Shown in pieces: positions 63,201 to 64,000 of a stretch of DNA of 64,000 nucleotides. The notes beneath the pieces are model-generated. The model made no database searches. It was not told the origin of the DNA and saw only the letters and a list, made by a program, of their open reading frames with translations. The stretch's first letter is position 1. Every line of letters starts with the position of its first letter. The position numbers were made by a program, and so were the translations under genes. The DNA comes from Nitrospinaceae bacterium (GTDB taxonomy: Bacteria > Nitrospinota > Nitrospinia > Nitrospinales > VA-1): the NCBI GenBank assembly GCA_046754465.1, contig JBHHVU010000001.1:1-64000 (forward strand), written 5' to 3'.

Positions 63201-63350
63201 AAACGGAAAATCATGCGGAAATCCATGGTGGACGAACTTCGGATCCAAGCCATACAGGACGGAATGGTCACCCTCAAGCAGGATGGCATCCAGAAAATTT
63301 TTATGGGCTATTGCGATCTCAAACAGGTCTTGTCGGTCTGCATCGTCTGA
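60270..63350 (+). CDS. PilB/GspE-family secretion ATPase with two N-terminal GAF domains
   Basis: two GAF repeats ending MGVLELLNK/MGVLQLVNK; SDIHIEP, GPTGSGKTT, EDPVE, GEMRD, STLHTN, 2x CxxC. Confidence 0.93.
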   Translation: MAFFSKLMRSTKPRDPKAEPPGGNYSLSPDIEKITSLMDAPPPSEDHSIVLETGEVQTGPKFSERRGNGNKGKIADTPGRVETLAGEGSPAVNRRQEGRRASDRIKPILNKILYGTSIIGVLPSLTDDLVHLFNCETASFYSVDRSKRQIYSRTIKDGLKGEFRLDISIKSLAGFCAATGKTLNVGNPYSKKELKSYHPDLSHDAAWDRLTQTQTRSALVVALPFNKRLMGVLELLNKVGEEKFTEGDVRQARELSSTLGHALVKLELEEIEQKLQATTHAIHSAKNIDEILLELKEPILELFNANLITIYAVDPKKKEIYSKIKSGTSINEIRVPISPKSISGCVALEKRPVTLADVYNAEELQNYHPDLVFDSSWDKKTGLHTKSMLVYPLIHGDQLMGVLQLVNKNEGNQFTSFDEKNAKKISQTLALALFNQKKAARKKPTKFGYLVENEMLTQEELNEAVLKARKSNMDIEDILLGKLNLRRKDVGKSLEIFYNLPYTGYTDSLILPEQIFAGLNKNYLTRNNWVPLQNTMNQVVILIDDPSDQLKVRNIKMIFPKKKVEFQVGLKADIRDFLNSVLTEDSGPIEEPKTEAMSALLDALEDEAETSLETGQYEDEAVNAISETDSTIVRLVNKILTDAYDQGISDIHIEPGGSKKDVKVRFRKDGICSVYQEIPFLYKQAIISRIKIMARLDIAERRMPQDGKIKMRYGRKEIEYRVATCPTVGGNEDAVLRILASSKPIPLEQMFFSDRNLEMIKNAITKPFGLILVVGPTGSGKTTTLHSCLGHINTPERKIWTAEDPVEITQEGLRQVQMLDKIGLNFARAMRSFLRGDPDVIMVGEMRDQETAAIGLEASLTGHLVFSTLHTNSAPETITRLLDMGMNPLNFADALLLIAAQRLVRTLCNQCKKGYHPSREEFDTLVNEYGKKDFDKLGMQYSKDLILKKPMGCKACGDSGYSGRMALHELLHGSSEIKRKIMRKSMVDELRIQAIQDGMVTLKQDGIQKIFMGYCDLKQVLSVCIV

Positions 63351-63623
63351 CCCCGGAAATTCCCCCCCCGGGCCGCCGGTGCTTTCAAACGGTCTCCTTC
63401 CTGATAAAAATCTATTTTTCCCACCCATTTGAAATAAGAAGGGCCTTTCTGAAAAGTGCAGGAAAAATGATTTTTCATTCCATTATTTCCCCCAAAACGC
63501 TCAAAAATATGGTATTAACTACACAAACAATCCACAAAATCCGAAAGACCACGCGCTGGTTGCGGGCGCTTTTCAACATCTCAATGCCGTTGAGACGGTT
63601 TGGTCCACGGATAACGCATTGAT

Positions 63624-64000
63624 ATGGGCAGCATGCCACAGGTTCCCTCTGAAGAAAACACGGATGTAAACGTTGAACTGGAATCTTCAACCTCCCAGGG
63701 ATCGAGCATGGACCGAAACGATTCATCACTGAAATCCCAACCCGAAAATATCAAGCGGAATTTAGAGCGCGAAGGCCGGCTGCACAACCTTTCGCAGGCC
63801 ATCCACTCCATTAAGAACCTGGATGAAATTCTGCTGGATCTTCAGAAACCGTTGCAGGAAATTTTCGAGGCCGAATCCGCGGCCGTCTATGTCATCGATC
63901 CCGGCGGGAATGAAATCTATTCCAAATTCAAAATGGGAGATTCCCTGCGTGAAATAAGGTTTTCCATGGATCCTTCCAGTATCGCGGGGTTTGCCGCCCG
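63624..64000 (+). CDS. GAF-domain protein, probably a second GAF-PilB paralogue (runs off the window)
   Basis: QAIHSIKNLDEILLDLQKPLQEIF...EIYSKFK...SIAGF closely matches the GAF of the upstream ATPase. Confidence 0.75.
   Translation, partial: MGSMPQVPSEENTDVNVELESSTSQGSSMDRNDSSLKSQPENIKRNLEREGRLHNLSQAIHSIKNLDEILLDLQKPLQEIFEAESAAVYVIDPGGNEIYSKFKMGDSLREIRFSMDPSSIAGFAA

Overview
Gene-dense bacterial chromosomal window. The gene content (NirK, a c554-like tetraheme cytochrome, several FGE/SUMF1-domain proteins, GAF-fused PilB/GspE ATPases) suggests a Nitrospinota-like nitrite oxidiser; this is inference, and no marker gene is present. The left end holds a type I-C cas operon on the minus strand (cas3-cas5c-cas8c-cas7c-cas4-cas1). 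cas2 and the CRISPR array are not in the window and probably lie beyond the left edge. The middle is mostly housekeeping (lpdA, sppA, TRAP dctQM, ogt, recO, ridA, ugd, queA, HU/IHF, ftsB, eno, hemL, mtnP, asd, leuB, truA), plus a porin/binding-protein/chemoreceptor triad. A ~4.4 kb segment (46993-51454) is bounded by near-identical 23-bp direct repeats. It carries a solitary Mrr-like nuclease and a MerR-controlled operon with a textbook mer operator but no merA/merT. A phage-like module follows (XRE regulator, Sm-like protein, Ser-Gly-Trp peptide), then Mrp/DUF971, a type IIA topoisomerase pair (A before B) preceded by tandem NrdR-like boxes, and tandem GAF-PilB ATPases. Best candidates for something new: the MerA-less MerR operon, the XRE/Sm-like/SGW-peptide module, the apparent Cascade module swap with a vestigial cas7 tail, and ligand substitutions in NirK and c554 that would raise redox potential.
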